A stretch of 64,000 nt of DNA from Phycisphaerae bacterium (GTDB taxonomy: Bacteria > Planctomycetota > Phycisphaerae > UBA1845 > Fen-1342). This document shows positions 54,503 to 64,000 of the stretch, one piece after another; the first letter of the stretch is position 1; every line of letters begins with the position of its first letter. The stretch lies in assembly GCA_963675745.2 (NCBI GenBank), contig CAXXWX010000023.1, forward strand, positions 128,001 through 192,000, written 5' to 3'. Both the position numbers and the translations under genes were made by a program. The notes under the pieces are model-generated. The model made no database searches. It was not told the DNA's origin and saw nothing but the letters and a program-made list of their open reading frames with translations.

Positions 54503-56710
54503 TTACAGCCCGATGAGCCGTACAGATGCGTCAACGTTGCCGATGTTCATGTTTCCATCGCCGATCCAGTCAATGTGGGCGCCGTCGCCGCTATCAACGA
54601 ATCCGTCGCAGTTTCCATCGCCGGATGCCTGGTTTGCTCGATATACCACGCGCAGTTCGGGCGCCGGCGCTCCCTCGACACTTTGGAAGTCCCAGCCGTC
54701 CGTGCTCGTCGGCAAAAGCGCCCAACCGTGGTTGGCCTGGCCCTTGGTCACCCAGGCCTTAAGGCTCGGCGTGACATCGACGTAGTGGCGGACGCCGCTG
54801 AGATGGTCGGTCTGGATTACGCCGTCGATAAAGCGGGCGGCCTCGACGTCATCATCCGACACGCCGCCGGTCAGGCTGTTCCACGTATCGGTGTCGCGCC
54901 AGGGTTTGAGCATACGATGCCAGCGGATGTTGTTGGCGGTGCCGCTTCCGGACGAGGGATTCGTGGTGTAGATGCTGACGCTGGCCGACAGAATGGTCGC
55001 ACCCGGCGGCACAAGCTGCGGCGCCGCGCCCGTGATATTCTCAAAACGCAACAGCCCCACCGACGCGTGGCCCGTGCCCGACGGATCATCCGTGTCGATG
55101 CTGATCTCGGATGTCGCGGCGTGGTCTGCATCAGGCGCGTGCTCGGTCAGCATCGTATCGACCGTTCCGCCGTACCCGTTGGTGTCGCCCTGCCGGAAGT
55201 TCCGGCACGTCGCGCCGGCAACCAACTCGTACTCGACGATCAGCTCGGGCGGCGTCGCGCCCTCAGCCGAGCAGCCCTGCCAGCCGTCAGTGCCGGTGGG
55301 TAGCAGCGCCCAGCCGTGATTCGGCCGGCCGCGTTCCACCCAGGCCCTCACCGACGAGGTCACGTCCAGGTCGTGATAGCCGCCCGCACGGTTGTCCGCG
55401 CGGATGGCCTGGTCGGCGTAGCGGTCGGCCTCGACATCATCGTTGGCGACGCCGGCATCAAGCGTGTTCCACGTGTCCTTGTCGCTCCACGCGCTGAGCA
55501 TGCGGTGAAAACGCACATGGTTGTTTTCCGTACCGTCGGTTGTGTACAGCCGCAGCCGCGCGCGATGTACGACGGCTCCCGCGCTAATCCGGCCCGGCGC
55601 GGAACCGATGATGCCGTCGAAACGCAAGAGTGCCTGGCTCACCGACGCGGGCCCGCTGGTCTCGGTGTCGCAGGTGAGCTGCGCGAGCGCTGCGTTGTTC
55701 TGGTCCGGCAGGTGCTGCTGGACTGACGTATCCACGGTGCCGGTATATCCGCCGACGCCTTGCTGAAAGCGCGCCGTGAGCAGCGGCAGCGGGCGGTCCG
55801 GGCGCAGCGTGTGTGTCTCGATGTGCTGCATGGGCGACGTGCCGAGGCTGCGGTACACGTGCACGCGCAATGCCTGGTCGTCGGCCTCGATGATGAAGCA
55901 CGCGTCCACGTCGCCGAGCCCGCGCGCCTGCGACGGCTCGAATTGCCAGACCGGGCTGCCGGCCGGGCGGTACGTTGTATAGCGGTGCGTGTGGCCATGG
56001 ATGTAAGCGTGGGCGCCGTTGTCTTCGAGCGTCTTCCAGAACAGGTCGCGCTCGGTCGGGTCAACATCGAGCGAATCACCCAGGTGGCGTGTGCTGCCAA
56101 ACTGATGATCGGGCCGTGTGTAGGCCGGTTCGTGCCCGAAGACCAGCTTGAACGGCTTGGTAGAGGTGGATAGATCGCCGGCCAGCCAGACGCTCAGCGC
56201 CGGGACGACGCGACCGCTGACGGCGATGTCATCACCGGGGTCCGTCCCGCCGTCCCAATAGTTGTTGATCACGACGATATGCACGGGGCCGACATCAAAC
56301 GAGTAATTCATGTCGGTGTTGCCCGGTGGGCCGGTGCCGGTGAAGGTGAACAGCTCGCCCCACTTGGGGAAGTTGTGGATGTGGCTTTTGTAGTATTCGC
56401 GCAGGAACGTGACGTCCACCTGTTTCTCAAGCTCGTGATTACCCACGACCGGGATCCACGGAAAGCCCTCGCCGAAGACCGACTCGACCTGCGCCTGCGA
56501 CGTCGCCAGCGGGTCCATGTCGCCGGGACTGATGACAAACTCGATGGGTCCGTCGGCGGCATCGACGGCGGCCTGTAAGACCTGCGCGTGGCCGGCTGCT
56601 CCGCGGTTGTCAGCGGTGACGACAAAACGTGTGAAATCGGCGTCTGCCGGCACAGCCGCGCACAACGTGGCCAGCGCCAGCACCCCTGTCTGAATAAACC
56701 GCGCGTTCAT
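54503..56710 (-). CDS. Secreted calcineurin-like metallophosphoesterase with two DNRLRE/CBM96-like domains and a degenerate dockerin-like tail
   Basis: ADNR, PGDMD, VGNHE and HGHTH motifs; two 'FxQG..GY.GTVDT...LLRF' domains. Confidence 0.82.
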   Translation of the reverse strand: MNARFIQTGVLALATLCAAVPADADFTRFVVTADNRGAAGHAQVLQAAVDAADGPIEFVISPGDMDPLATSQAQVESVFGEGFPWIPVVGNHELEKQVDVTFLREYYKSHIHNFPKWGELFTFTGTGPPGNTDMNYSFDVGPVHIVVINNYWDGGTDPGDDIAVSGRVVPALSVWLAGDLSTSTKPFKLVFGHEPAYTRPDHQFGSTRHLGDSLDVDPTERDLFWKTLEDNGAHAYIHGHTHRYTTYRPAGSPVWQFEPSQARGLGDVDACFIIEADDQALRVHVYRSLGTSPMQHIETHTLRPDRPLPLLTARFQQGVGGYTGTVDTSVQQHLPDQNNAALAQLTCDTETSGPASVSQALLRFDGIIGSAPGRISAGAVVHRARLRLYTTDGTENNHVRFHRMLSAWSDKDTWNTLDAGVANDDVEADRYADQAIRADNRAGGYHDLDVTSSVRAWVERGRPNHGWALLPTGTDGWQGCSAEGATPPELIVEYELVAGATCRNFRQGDTNGYGGTVDTMLTEHAPDADHAATSEISIDTDDPSGTGHASVGLLRFENITGAAPQLVPPGATILSASVSIYTTNPSSGSGTANNIRWHRMLKPWRDTDTWNSLTGGVSDDDVEAARFIDGVIQTDHLSGVRHYVDVTPSLKAWVTKGQANHGWALLPTSTDGWDFQSVEGAPAPELRVVYRANQASGDGNCDGFVDSGDGAHIDWIGDGNMNIGNVDASVRLIGL

Positions 56711-56906
56711 TCGCACAACTCCTCTGCCCCGTACTTGCCACGCAGAACACTGCCAGACCCGCTCGCCCGGACTTTTGCTAACAGTCTTGAGGCTAGTTTA
56801 CCCGCGCAGGCAAGTAAAGCGCGGCCCCCGGAGCACAATGCTCGTAGCGCGACGGCCTGCGGGGCGAAGGCCGCTACAGCACCGGCGGCACGAAATGGCA
56901 ACGATG

Positions 56907-57842
56907 CTAGAAATCACGTCGGCAGAAGCGGACCATCGCCAGTACGAGCACGACAGCTTCAAACGCCAGCGATGACCCGATCGACGTGTACGGGTTCATG
57001 TGGAGCTTCTTCTTCTCGTACTCAACCGAGAGGGCGACCTGCTCCTTGTCGAGTTCGGGCTGCTCGCTGTAATCGAACACGTCGTGGATGGTCCCGCCGC
57101 GGGCCAGTTGCGAGGCGATGTAAGCGATGTCACTGGTCTTCGGCGGCACCCAGGCGGCGATTTTGGCGCAATTGTAGACCAGCCGATGGTCCTTGAACCC
57201 CGGCATGGTTTCGACGACCTCAAGCGCGGTGGCGGGCGCGGTGTAAAGCACCCATGCGAAGATACTGATGAGTATCGCCGCCACCGTGCTGCGCATCATG
57301 ACGCCGACGAGCACCGACACGCAATACACATAGCTGAACAGCAGCACCAGCAGCGGCACGGCCCACAAGAAGCCCGGCGCCCACACACCCCAGTGAAATC
57401 CCATGACCAGGAACATCGATCCGACAAACAGAGCGGCCTGCAGGACAACGAAAACCAGGCTGGCCACGTACTTGTACAGAAAGAGACGTGGGCGGCCGAT
57501 CGGCTTGGACAACATCACGTCGATCGTGCCACTCTCGATCATGGTCGGAAAGAAGCTGGCCGTCGCAACGATCATCAGCAATACGCCGATCCAGCCAACA
57601 GTCACATCCATCACCAGGAACACGACCGCGGCCATGATCGCCGCGCGCCCGTCGGCGGTGGCCGGGTTAAAGCCATCGGTCTCCACGGCCGTCGCACCGA
57701 ACAGGAAGGTGACGCGGTTTGGCTCGAAGTCGATGCTGGCTGCGCCGACAACCACGACCAGGATAAGCCCCGCCACCACCCAGAAGATCTTGCGATCGAG
57801 CGATTCGCGGAAACCGTCAACTACCAACGCCCAGAACTGCAT
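56907..57842 (-). CDS. ABC-2 type transporter permease
   Basis: GTIDVMLSKPIGR...KY motif, six TM segments, ends RRDF. Confidence 0.85.
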   Translation of the reverse strand: MQFWALVVDGFRESLDRKIFWVVAGLILVVVVGAASIDFEPNRVTFLFGATAVETDGFNPATADGRAAIMAAVVFLVMDVTVGWIGVLLMIVATASFFPTMIESGTIDVMLSKPIGRPRLFLYKYVASLVFVVLQAALFVGSMFLVMGFHWGVWAPGFLWAVPLLVLLFSYVYCVSVLVGVMMRSTVAAILISIFAWVLYTAPATALEVVETMPGFKDHRLVYNCAKIAAWVPPKTSDIAYIASQLARGGTIHDVFDYSEQPELDKEQVALSVEYEKKKLHMNPYTSIGSSLAFEAVVLVLAMVRFCRRDF

Positions 57843-58823
57843 CTATGCCCCCTCTCGCTCGGCGGGTCGCGCGGTTACCGGCTTTGTCGCGGCGTTGTGA
57901 GCCCCTTCATCCTCGACGGCTTCGATGAAGATGTCTTCGAGAGAAAACCTGTGCGGCGTGACCGACTCTATCAGGATCTGCCGGCCGCGGAGCAGGTCGA
58001 TCAACTCGTTGACCGCCTGCGCGTCGTGCCCGCGCACGACAATCGTATCACCGTCCAGCCGGGCACCGCTCTGCTCGATCTCCGCCCGGCAGGATTCCGG
58101 ATTGCCGGCCACGGTTATGTGATAACTCACGGTATGTTCGGTCAGATCGGCGATGCTACCCTGGCGAACCACCTCGCCGCGCACCAGGATGGCAACGCGG
58201 TCACAGATCAGTTCCAGCTCGCTGAGCAGGTGCGAGTTAATAAAGACGGTCTTGCCGGCGGCTTTCAGTTCCGCCAGCATTTCGCGCACCGAACGGCGGC
58301 CGAGCGGATCAAGTCCGTCCGTGGGCTCATCAAGGAACACGAGCTGCGGGTCGTTCATCAATGCCTGGGCGATACCCAGCCGTTGCAGCATACCCTTGGA
58401 GTATTTGCCCACGCGCGTGCGCGACCAATCCGCCATGCCCACGCGGTCAAGCAGCTCACCCGCCCGTCGCTTGCGATCGCGGCGACCCACCTTTGCCAGG
58501 GCCGCGTGAAATTCGAGAACCTGACGGCCGCGCAGATGGGACGGGAAGCGGGGATTCTCGGGCAAATAACCGACCTGCCGCAGCGTGGGCCGATGGCCGA
58601 CGTGCCGGCCGAGGAGTTCACCATCAGCCCGATCCGCACGCACGATGGTCAGCAGAATCTTGACCAGCGTGCTCTTGCCAGCTCCGTTGGGCCCCAGCAG
58701 GCCGAAGATCTCGCCGCGCCCGACGCGCAGATCCACGCCGCGCAAGGCGCGCACCTTGCGGCCGTAGGTCTTGCGCACGTCGTGAATATCCACGGCCAGA
58801 GGTGCTGATGTCGGCTGCTGCAT
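57843..58823 (-). CDS. ABC transporter ATP-binding protein
   Basis: GPNGAGKS, YSKGM, FLDEPT, NSH. Confidence 0.95.
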   Translation of the reverse strand: MQQPTSAPLAVDIHDVRKTYGRKVRALRGVDLRVGRGEIFGLLGPNGAGKSTLVKILLTIVRADRADGELLGRHVGHRPTLRQVGYLPENPRFPSHLRGRQVLEFHAALAKVGRRDRKRRAGELLDRVGMADWSRTRVGKYSKGMLQRLGIAQALMNDPQLVFLDEPTDGLDPLGRRSVREMLAELKAAGKTVFINSHLLSELELICDRVAILVRGEVVRQGSIADLTEHTVSYHITVAGNPESCRAEIEQSGARLDGDTIVVRGHDAQAVNELIDLLRGRQILIESVTPHRFSLEDIFIEAVEDEGAHNAATKPVTARPAEREGA

Positions 58824-59128
58824 GCGCTTGTCCGCGGGAGCTCCGATTGATCAGGGTATTCCGAGCGAAGGACTCGTATGGCGGTATATTAGCCGTGAAG
58901 GCGCCGGGCAGCCATATCAACACCACGCGGGTGCCAGCTACGGCCCGGCGCCGTTTCCAGTTCGCTTGTGTCGCGCGTTTGGCACTGTAGCGGCCTGCGC
59001 CTCGCAGGCCGTCGTTATGACGGGACGTTTCCGATATCAGGCGGCCGGCGAGGCGCCGGCCGTTACATTCTGCGCCGAAGCCTGGCGCGAAACATGAGAC
59101 ACCTCCAGCGGAAATGGCATTCGCGCTC

Positions 59129-59134
59129 TATAAT
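59129..59134 (+). promoter_or_regulatory. -10 box 6 nt before the hpt ATG (candidate leaderless transcript)
   Basis: TATAAT-CGCGCC-ATG with no Shine-Dalgarno sequence. Confidence 0.5.
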
Positions 59135-59140
59135 CGCGCC

Positions 59141-59680
59141 ATGGAGTCGGAACTCAGCCGCATACTGTTCACCCCCGAGCAGATTCGGTCGCGCATCAGA
59201 GACCTGGCGCGCGAGATCGAAACGGCTTACCCGGACCTCGATGCGGGGCTGACGTTGCTCCCGATTCTGTCGGGCTCCATCATCTTCCTGGCAGATCTGA
59301 TCCGCGAATTGCCACTGAAAATGAAGATCGCGATGGTGCAACTGTCCGCGTATCCGGGAGCAACGACGATAGCGCGTGAGCCGAAGATCGTGATGGACAT
59401 TCAGGGCGAGATAGCCGGGCGGCACGTGCTGATTGTGGATGACATTCTCGATAGTGGCAGAACGCTGCGACGTGTCAGGCAACTGGTTGACGAACACGAG
59501 CCGGCCAGTGTGCGAACCGCCGTGCTGCTCCAGAAACCCGCCAGGAAACCGCCCGATCTCAGCGCTGACTTCGTGGGGTTCGATTGCGAGGATCTGTTTG
59601 TGGTCGGCTACGGGCTGGATTACGATGACCACTACCGCAACTTGCCCTGTATTGGCGTGCTCAGGCCGGAGTGCATGTGA
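59141..59680 (+). CDS. hpt: Hypoxanthine phosphoribosyltransferase
   Basis: VLIVDDILDSGRT, FVVGYGLDY, RNLP. Confidence 0.95.
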   Translation: MESELSRILFTPEQIRSRIRDLAREIETAYPDLDAGLTLLPILSGSIIFLADLIRELPLKMKIAMVQLSAYPGATTIAREPKIVMDIQGEIAGRHVLIVDDILDSGRTLRRVRQLVDEHEPASVRTAVLLQKPARKPPDLSADFVGFDCEDLFVVGYGLDYDDHYRNLPCIGVLRPECM

Positions 59681-60243
59681 TGCCCGAGAGCGGCACAGTC
59701 AAGACGGCACCGCTCGAGGTGGCCCCGGCGGCGACCCCGACGGCAGCCTCGCCGGCCGAGGTGCTGCGCGACGATGAGATTATCGAGCTGTCGATAAAGC
59801 CCTCGCACTGGTACATCCTGTACAAATCCGTCCGCACCGTGCTGGCCATGGCCTTGTTGGCCGCGGGTGTGGCGATCATCGTGCGCGGCGATTGGGGTTG
59901 GGGCGCGCTGCTGGCTATTCAGGCGACTACCGCAATCGCGCTGATACGCATCGCCCTCGCAACGCTGCAATGGGCCAGCCGGCTGTACGTCCTCACCAAC
60001 CGGCGCGTCATGTGTTTCGAGGGTGTGCTGGAAGTGACCCGCCACGAGTGCCCGCTTGACAAAATCAGCGCGGCCGAACTGCACATCATGTGGTACCAGA
60101 GCCCGCTGCGGCTCGGCTCTATTTACGTGGAACCCGCGGCCAAGCCACACGCCACAGTGGCCTGGAAGCATGTCAAGACGCCGCGGGAGGTGCATGAGCG
60201 CCTCTTGCGCGCGATTCGCCACGCCCAGTCCGGCCGCTCGTAG
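59680..60243 (+). CDS. Membrane protein with a bacterial PH domain
   Basis: Two TM helices followed by YVLTNRRV...G.L...ECPL. Confidence 0.7.
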   Translation: MPESGTVKTAPLEVAPAATPTAASPAEVLRDDEIIELSIKPSHWYILYKSVRTVLAMALLAAGVAIIVRGDWGWGALLAIQATTAIALIRIALATLQWASRLYVLTNRRVMCFEGVLEVTRHECPLDKISAAELHIMWYQSPLRLGSIYVEPAAKPHATVAWKHVKTPREVHERLLRAIRHAQSGRS

Positions 60244-60277
60244 CCGCCGCGCCCCCGCCCACCCGACAGTTCGCTCA

Positions 60278-61468
60278 TCACGGCCCCACCGGCCGCGCGC
60301 CGCGTTGCCCCGGACGGATCAGGCGCGCCGCCGCCCAACAGACGTGGTCAGCCAGGTCGAGTTCCTCACCAAAGCCGACTTCCAGAGTGAGCTCCGCGAC
60401 TCCGCTGACGGTGACCGCGACGTCGCGCGGCGGCTCGCCACCGGTGACCTCTTGCGCCTGCCACAGCACGCGGCCATCGCCGATCACGCGCAGCGCCACG
60501 TTTCCTTTACCGTCTGTCTCGTCGAGAATCCCGACGCGCGCGACGAATCGCTCGAATTCTCCGTCCAGGCGATATGTGATTTTGGCGTGGCTGTGCAGGC
60601 AGATGCCACGCGCGCAGGCCATTCCGCCGAGCCGGATCGGCCGGCCCCGCAGTGTCTGGTCAACGGCATATCCCCAGCGTTTGCCGAACAGCGGCTGGAA
60701 TTCGTAGCGCTGGGGCTCAAGCTCGGACAGGTATACCACGCGCGGGCTGCGGGAGCTGATCCGCCGTACGCGCTGCAATGGAAACGCGAGCGGGCCCAGC
60801 GTCGCGGACTTGAGAGCAAGCGTGTCAGGTGCGCCGTCGACGATCTCGCCGGCGAAGACATCGCCACTGCGCGTTTCGACCGTGTGTAACGGCGTGAGCA
60901 GCTCTTTGCGCGCGAACGTCACGTTCACCAACCCCGACCAGGGCAGATTGAGCTCGCGCTTCCTCCAGGCGAATTCGACGCCGTCCCGCGTGACGGCGGT
61001 AACCGTGCCGCGCAGCGTCAACCTCTCGCCGTCCTTGGTAATTGTGACCGCGTCTTGCGATTCGTCGCCGGCCGCGGCGCTTTCAGGGGCTTTGTCGCCC
61101 GGCGCGGGCGAAGTCGCGGTATCAATAGCGAGCAGTTCTTGTGGGTCGATGGTGACCGCGATTCCGCCGTCGAGCAGCAGCCCCAAACGCTCGTCACTGC
61201 CGCGCTGCGGCGTGGCGGCGAACCGCGCGCCATCGATGAGTGTTATGCGCAGCGGCGGCGAAGGCTGCGTCGCCGGCGCGTCGCCGGAAACGTGAAACTC
61301 AACGTCGGCGATCTCGTCCCAGTTGAAGACCAGCGCGCCGGCTTTTGCTTCGGCCTTTATCACGCTGCCGAGGGAGATCAGCCGGGCCTCAACCCGTGTC
61401 CCATCCAGCCGCGTGACGGTTATCTCCAAAGCCGCCGCACTGACCGCGGCAAGGCCGATCAGCAGCAT
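60278..61468 (-). CDS. Secreted protein with a C-terminal NPCBM/NEW2 domain
   Basis: Signal peptide; RGICLHS...ITYRLDG.FERFVARVG...GVAELTLEV...DHVCWAAARL. Confidence 0.8.
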   Translation of the reverse strand: MLLIGLAAVSAAALEITVTRLDGTRVEARLISLGSVIKAEAKAGALVFNWDEIADVEFHVSGDAPATQPSPPLRITLIDGARFAATPQRGSDERLGLLLDGGIAVTIDPQELLAIDTATSPAPGDKAPESAAAGDESQDAVTITKDGERLTLRGTVTAVTRDGVEFAWRKRELNLPWSGLVNVTFARKELLTPLHTVETRSGDVFAGEIVDGAPDTLALKSATLGPLAFPLQRVRRISSRSPRVVYLSELEPQRYEFQPLFGKRWGYAVDQTLRGRPIRLGGMACARGICLHSHAKITYRLDGEFERFVARVGILDETDGKGNVALRVIGDGRVLWQAQEVTGGEPPRDVAVTVSGVAELTLEVGFGEELDLADHVCWAAARLIRPGQRGARPVGP

Positions 61469-61522
61469 GGACAAAGCGCGACTTGCTCGCGCGGCGCGTT
61501 TCGCGGCGTTGCGGGTGATGGG

Positions 61523-62611
61523 CTACTCCTCCTCTTCGGTCAACGTACGGAAATACTGCTCGACGAGGTGGCGATAGCGTGACGGAAAACGCTGACGCAA
61601 TGACTGGAGGATTCGCTCGCGTTCGGCCGGCGGTAGTTGGCCCCATGCCTGCCCGGGCGTCGAGTCCCATGCCGCGCGCGTGCTCCCGCGGCCGTCCGCT
61701 CCTTCACTTGCCGCCGACTCACTCGCCGGCGCCCCCGGCTCGTTCGCCGCTGACTCGCCCGTGTCCGGCGCGGCCGCGGCGGAGCTCTCGGATCGGGACG
61801 GCTGTTGCTGCTGTTGCTCGGCGCGCGCGATCAGTGCATCGAGCACAGCGACGATACGCTGTTGCCGCGTGCGCGTCTCAGGGCTCGCGGCGCCCCGGGC
61901 CAGCTCGTCGGCGACGCCCTCCATCAGAATGGCCATCTCATCGAGACGATCGAGCCCGCGCTGTTGAATATCGCTGAGCAGTCGCGCAACACTGCCGCGC
62001 CAGGCATCCGAAGCATCGGGATACCTGGCACTCATCTCCCGCAGACTCACGACGGCGGCATGATAGCGTCCGTCGCGCGCGTCCAGAAAACTGCGCACCA
62101 GGTGTAACTGCGGTGCGAACGGTGTGCGCGCGTCGAGATCGAGCCACGTCGCCCCGCCCCCGGTGAGCACCGCGCCGGCGGCATCAACCTGCCCATCACG
62201 CATCAGCGCAAGCGTGTGCAAGTACAGCACATTCGCCGCCAGATATGCGTCGCGGCTCGTATCCAAATCGGAGAAGAGCTCGGCGGCGGTCGCGAAATCG
62301 CCGGCGTCAATCGCCTGTTTCGCCTGCCCAAAACGCGGATAGAGCAGCGCCAGGGCTTCCGGCACGTTCATCTCAACGCGCTCGGCCAGGTCTCCATCAG
62401 TCCAGCGCTGGCGAATCGTCGCCGTGATCTGCTCATCGGCTCCCATCGAATCGAGATGCGCCAGGAAGCCGCGGTTCAAAGCCGCGATGCGCGGACCGGC
62501 GGCCGGCGGTTCGGCAACACCGAGCGCGGCGAACACCCCGACCGCCACCAGCAAGCCGGCGCGTGCGGCGATGGCAGTGTCGCCTGTCAACGTGTGATGC
62601 CGCCAACACAT
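61523..62611 (-). CDS. Secreted helical/TPR-like hypothetical protein
   Basis: C-terminal WGQLPPAERE...FPSRYRHLVEQYF end, seen in planctomycete coiled-coil cluster proteins. Confidence 0.65.
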   Translation of the reverse strand: MCWRHHTLTGDTAIAARAGLLVAVGVFAALGVAEPPAAGPRIAALNRGFLAHLDSMGADEQITATIRQRWTDGDLAERVEMNVPEALALLYPRFGQAKQAIDAGDFATAAELFSDLDTSRDAYLAANVLYLHTLALMRDGQVDAAGAVLTGGGATWLDLDARTPFAPQLHLVRSFLDARDGRYHAAVVSLREMSARYPDASDAWRGSVARLLSDIQQRGLDRLDEMAILMEGVADELARGAASPETRTRQQRIVAVLDALIARAEQQQQQPSRSESSAAAAPDTGESAANEPGAPASESAASEGADGRGSTRAAWDSTPGQAWGQLPPAERERILQSLRQRFPSRYRHLVEQYFRTLTEEEE

Positions 62612-62614
62612 GCG

Positions 62615-64000
62615 CTAGTTCCTCTCGATCATGGCGCGCGTCAGTTCGGCCAGTTCGCGCTGCCGCCGGCTGAGGGCCTCGAGCTCGGCCGGTGCATCCG
62701 CCGGCTGTTCGGCCAGTGCCGTGGTTCGCTCATTGATGCGCACCTGTGCGCCGCGCAAGAGGCGCAATTCCGCCGAGTTCGGCAGCAACGGCGGCGTCTG
62801 CTGTCGGCCACTTTCGCTGGTTTCTTGTGGCGCCGCCTCCGTCTGCGGCGGATTGCGACGCCGCGTTTGTACCGATGCGAGCACTGATTCGAGCTGCGCG
62901 ACAATGTCCGCGACCAGACGCCGGGTCGCCGCGCTTGTGTCGGCGTCGTGCAGGCGCTGGGCGGCGGCGTGCGCGTCACGGGCGATTTGCCCTACCATCA
63001 CGGGCAGCACGCGCGTCGAGCCATCGTCGCGCAACAGGCCGGCTACGTGCTCGGCATCATCCGCGACTCCTGATTGCGTTGTGGCCGCGGTCGCCAGTCG
63101 TGCGGCCGACGTCTGATCCCATTCACCCTCGCGCGCGGCCAATTCCTCAACCACCGTACGCACCTGCCGCTCGCGTGCCAACAGGTTTTCAAGCCCCTCG
63201 ATCACCTCGGTGAGCAGTTGCTCACGCTGTTCGCGTTCCAGCCGCGCCAGGGCATCTTCCAATTCACGCGCGGCGCGCTCCAGCTCGGCCAGCGCCACCT
63301 CCTGGCGCTCGTGGGCGTCCGCGGGTTGATTATCCGCCAACTGCTCGGCGGCCTGCCGCATGTGCTCGGCGGCCTCACCGACCGCATCGGAGCCCGGTTT
63401 GGCCACTTCGCCATCCGAGTCCATCGCCTGGTGCAACGAATCGGCCTTCTTGTGCGTCTGTTCCTGGGCGCGGGCTAGGTCGCCAAACTCGACTTCGCCG
63501 GCGGCAATGCGCCGGTCAAGCTCGTCGCGGCCGCCGCGCTGCTCGTCAATTAGCGTTTGCAGATCGCCGAGCAACTCGCCAAGTTCCGCCTGTCTGTCCT
63601 CCAGCGCCTGGAGTCGCGATTCGGGCTCGTTCAGAATCGCCAGCATCGCTTGCAGATCCGCCAGCACGCGCTGCTGCGTTTGGTCGGCTTCGTCAAAACG
63701 CTGCTGGTCCAGTCGCGCGACCGCGTCATCAACCAACTGACGGATTTGGCGCCGGCCGGCGTGATCGAGTGCATCGGTCAGCCGCGCGGCTTGCTCGGGC
63801 TCGCGCTCGGCCAGCAACTGCGCCAGCGCCAGCAGCCGATCCTCGAGCCGCCGCAGCCGGTCGCGTATGTCCGCCTGGCGCACGACGAGCGGCTCTGAGG
63901 GTATCGACGTTTCAACACTCCCTGGATCATCGGCGCGCCCGGCATTTTGCGCGAACGCCGTGCCCGCTACGCCCAACGCCGCCGCCAGCATCAGCGGCGG
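62615..64000 (-). CDS. Secreted coiled-coil hypothetical protein, start at or beyond the window edge
   Basis: Signal-like start, Q/E/A-rich heptads, AELRLLRGAQVRINERT. Confidence 0.65.
   Translation of the reverse strand, partial: PPLMLAAALGVAGTAFAQNAGRADDPGSVETSIPSEPLVVRQADIRDRLRRLEDRLLALAQLLAEREPEQAARLTDALDHAGRRQIRQLVDDAVARLDQQRFDEADQTQQRVLADLQAMLAILNEPESRLQALEDRQAELGELLGDLQTLIDEQRGGRDELDRRIAAGEVEFGDLARAQEQTHKKADSLHQAMDSDGEVAKPGSDAVGEAAEHMRQAAEQLADNQPADAHERQEVALAELERAARELEDALARLEREQREQLLTEVIEGLENLLARERQVRTVVEELAAREGEWDQTSAARLATAATTQSGVADDAEHVAGLLRDDGSTRVLPVMVGQIARDAHAAAQRLHDADTSAATRRLVADIVAQLESVLASVQTRRRNPPQTEAAPQETSESGRQQTPPLLPNSAELRLLRGAQVRINERTTALAEQPADAPAELEALSRRQRELAELTRAMIERN

Noticed and set aside
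57000..58808. 602-aa plus-strand ORF and many other long antisense or alternate-frame ORFs
   Set aside because: These are shadows of well-supported genes in GC-rich DNA and carry no recognisable motifs.

Overview
GC-rich bacterial DNA. The gene content (Cys-containing dockerin-like tails, PEP-CTERM proteins, a planctomycete-type ECF sigma/Ser-Thr kinase pair, a CxxCGYDLRG membrane protein) points to Planctomycetota, probably Phycisphaerae; this is an inference. Housekeeping genes (hsp20-lon, HU/IHF, arsC, two PPIases, tilS, pcp, folE, pepA, htrA, lat, hpt, an ABC exporter) surround two candidate systems. (1) At 16.4-21.9 kb, a four-gene cluster encodes two membrane-anchored alkaline-phosphatase-superfamily enzymes that lack the usual C-terminal 'RLxxLGY' tail, a 66-aa protein carrying that tail, and a three-helix membrane protein resembling the EMC3/TMCO1/DUF106 (Oxa1 superfamily) insertases. 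(2) At 27-57 kb, a set of secreted proteins shares a near-identical twin 'NNGDID' dockerin-like module. It includes GH57/GH119-like and GH13 alpha-glucan enzymes and a non-catalytic carbohydrate-binding protein, which together look like an amylosome. The non-catalytic members are strongly enriched in a D-P-N tripeptide. Also seen: an in-frame amber codon in a dockerin gene, a frameshift that cuts the signal peptide off a cyclophilin-FKBP fusion, an unannotated glucan phosphorylase fragment, three REP-like families, and a Lon with a histone-H1-like tail. No rRNA, tRNA, CRISPR array or transposase was recognised. All family calls come from reading motifs by eye; no database searches were run.
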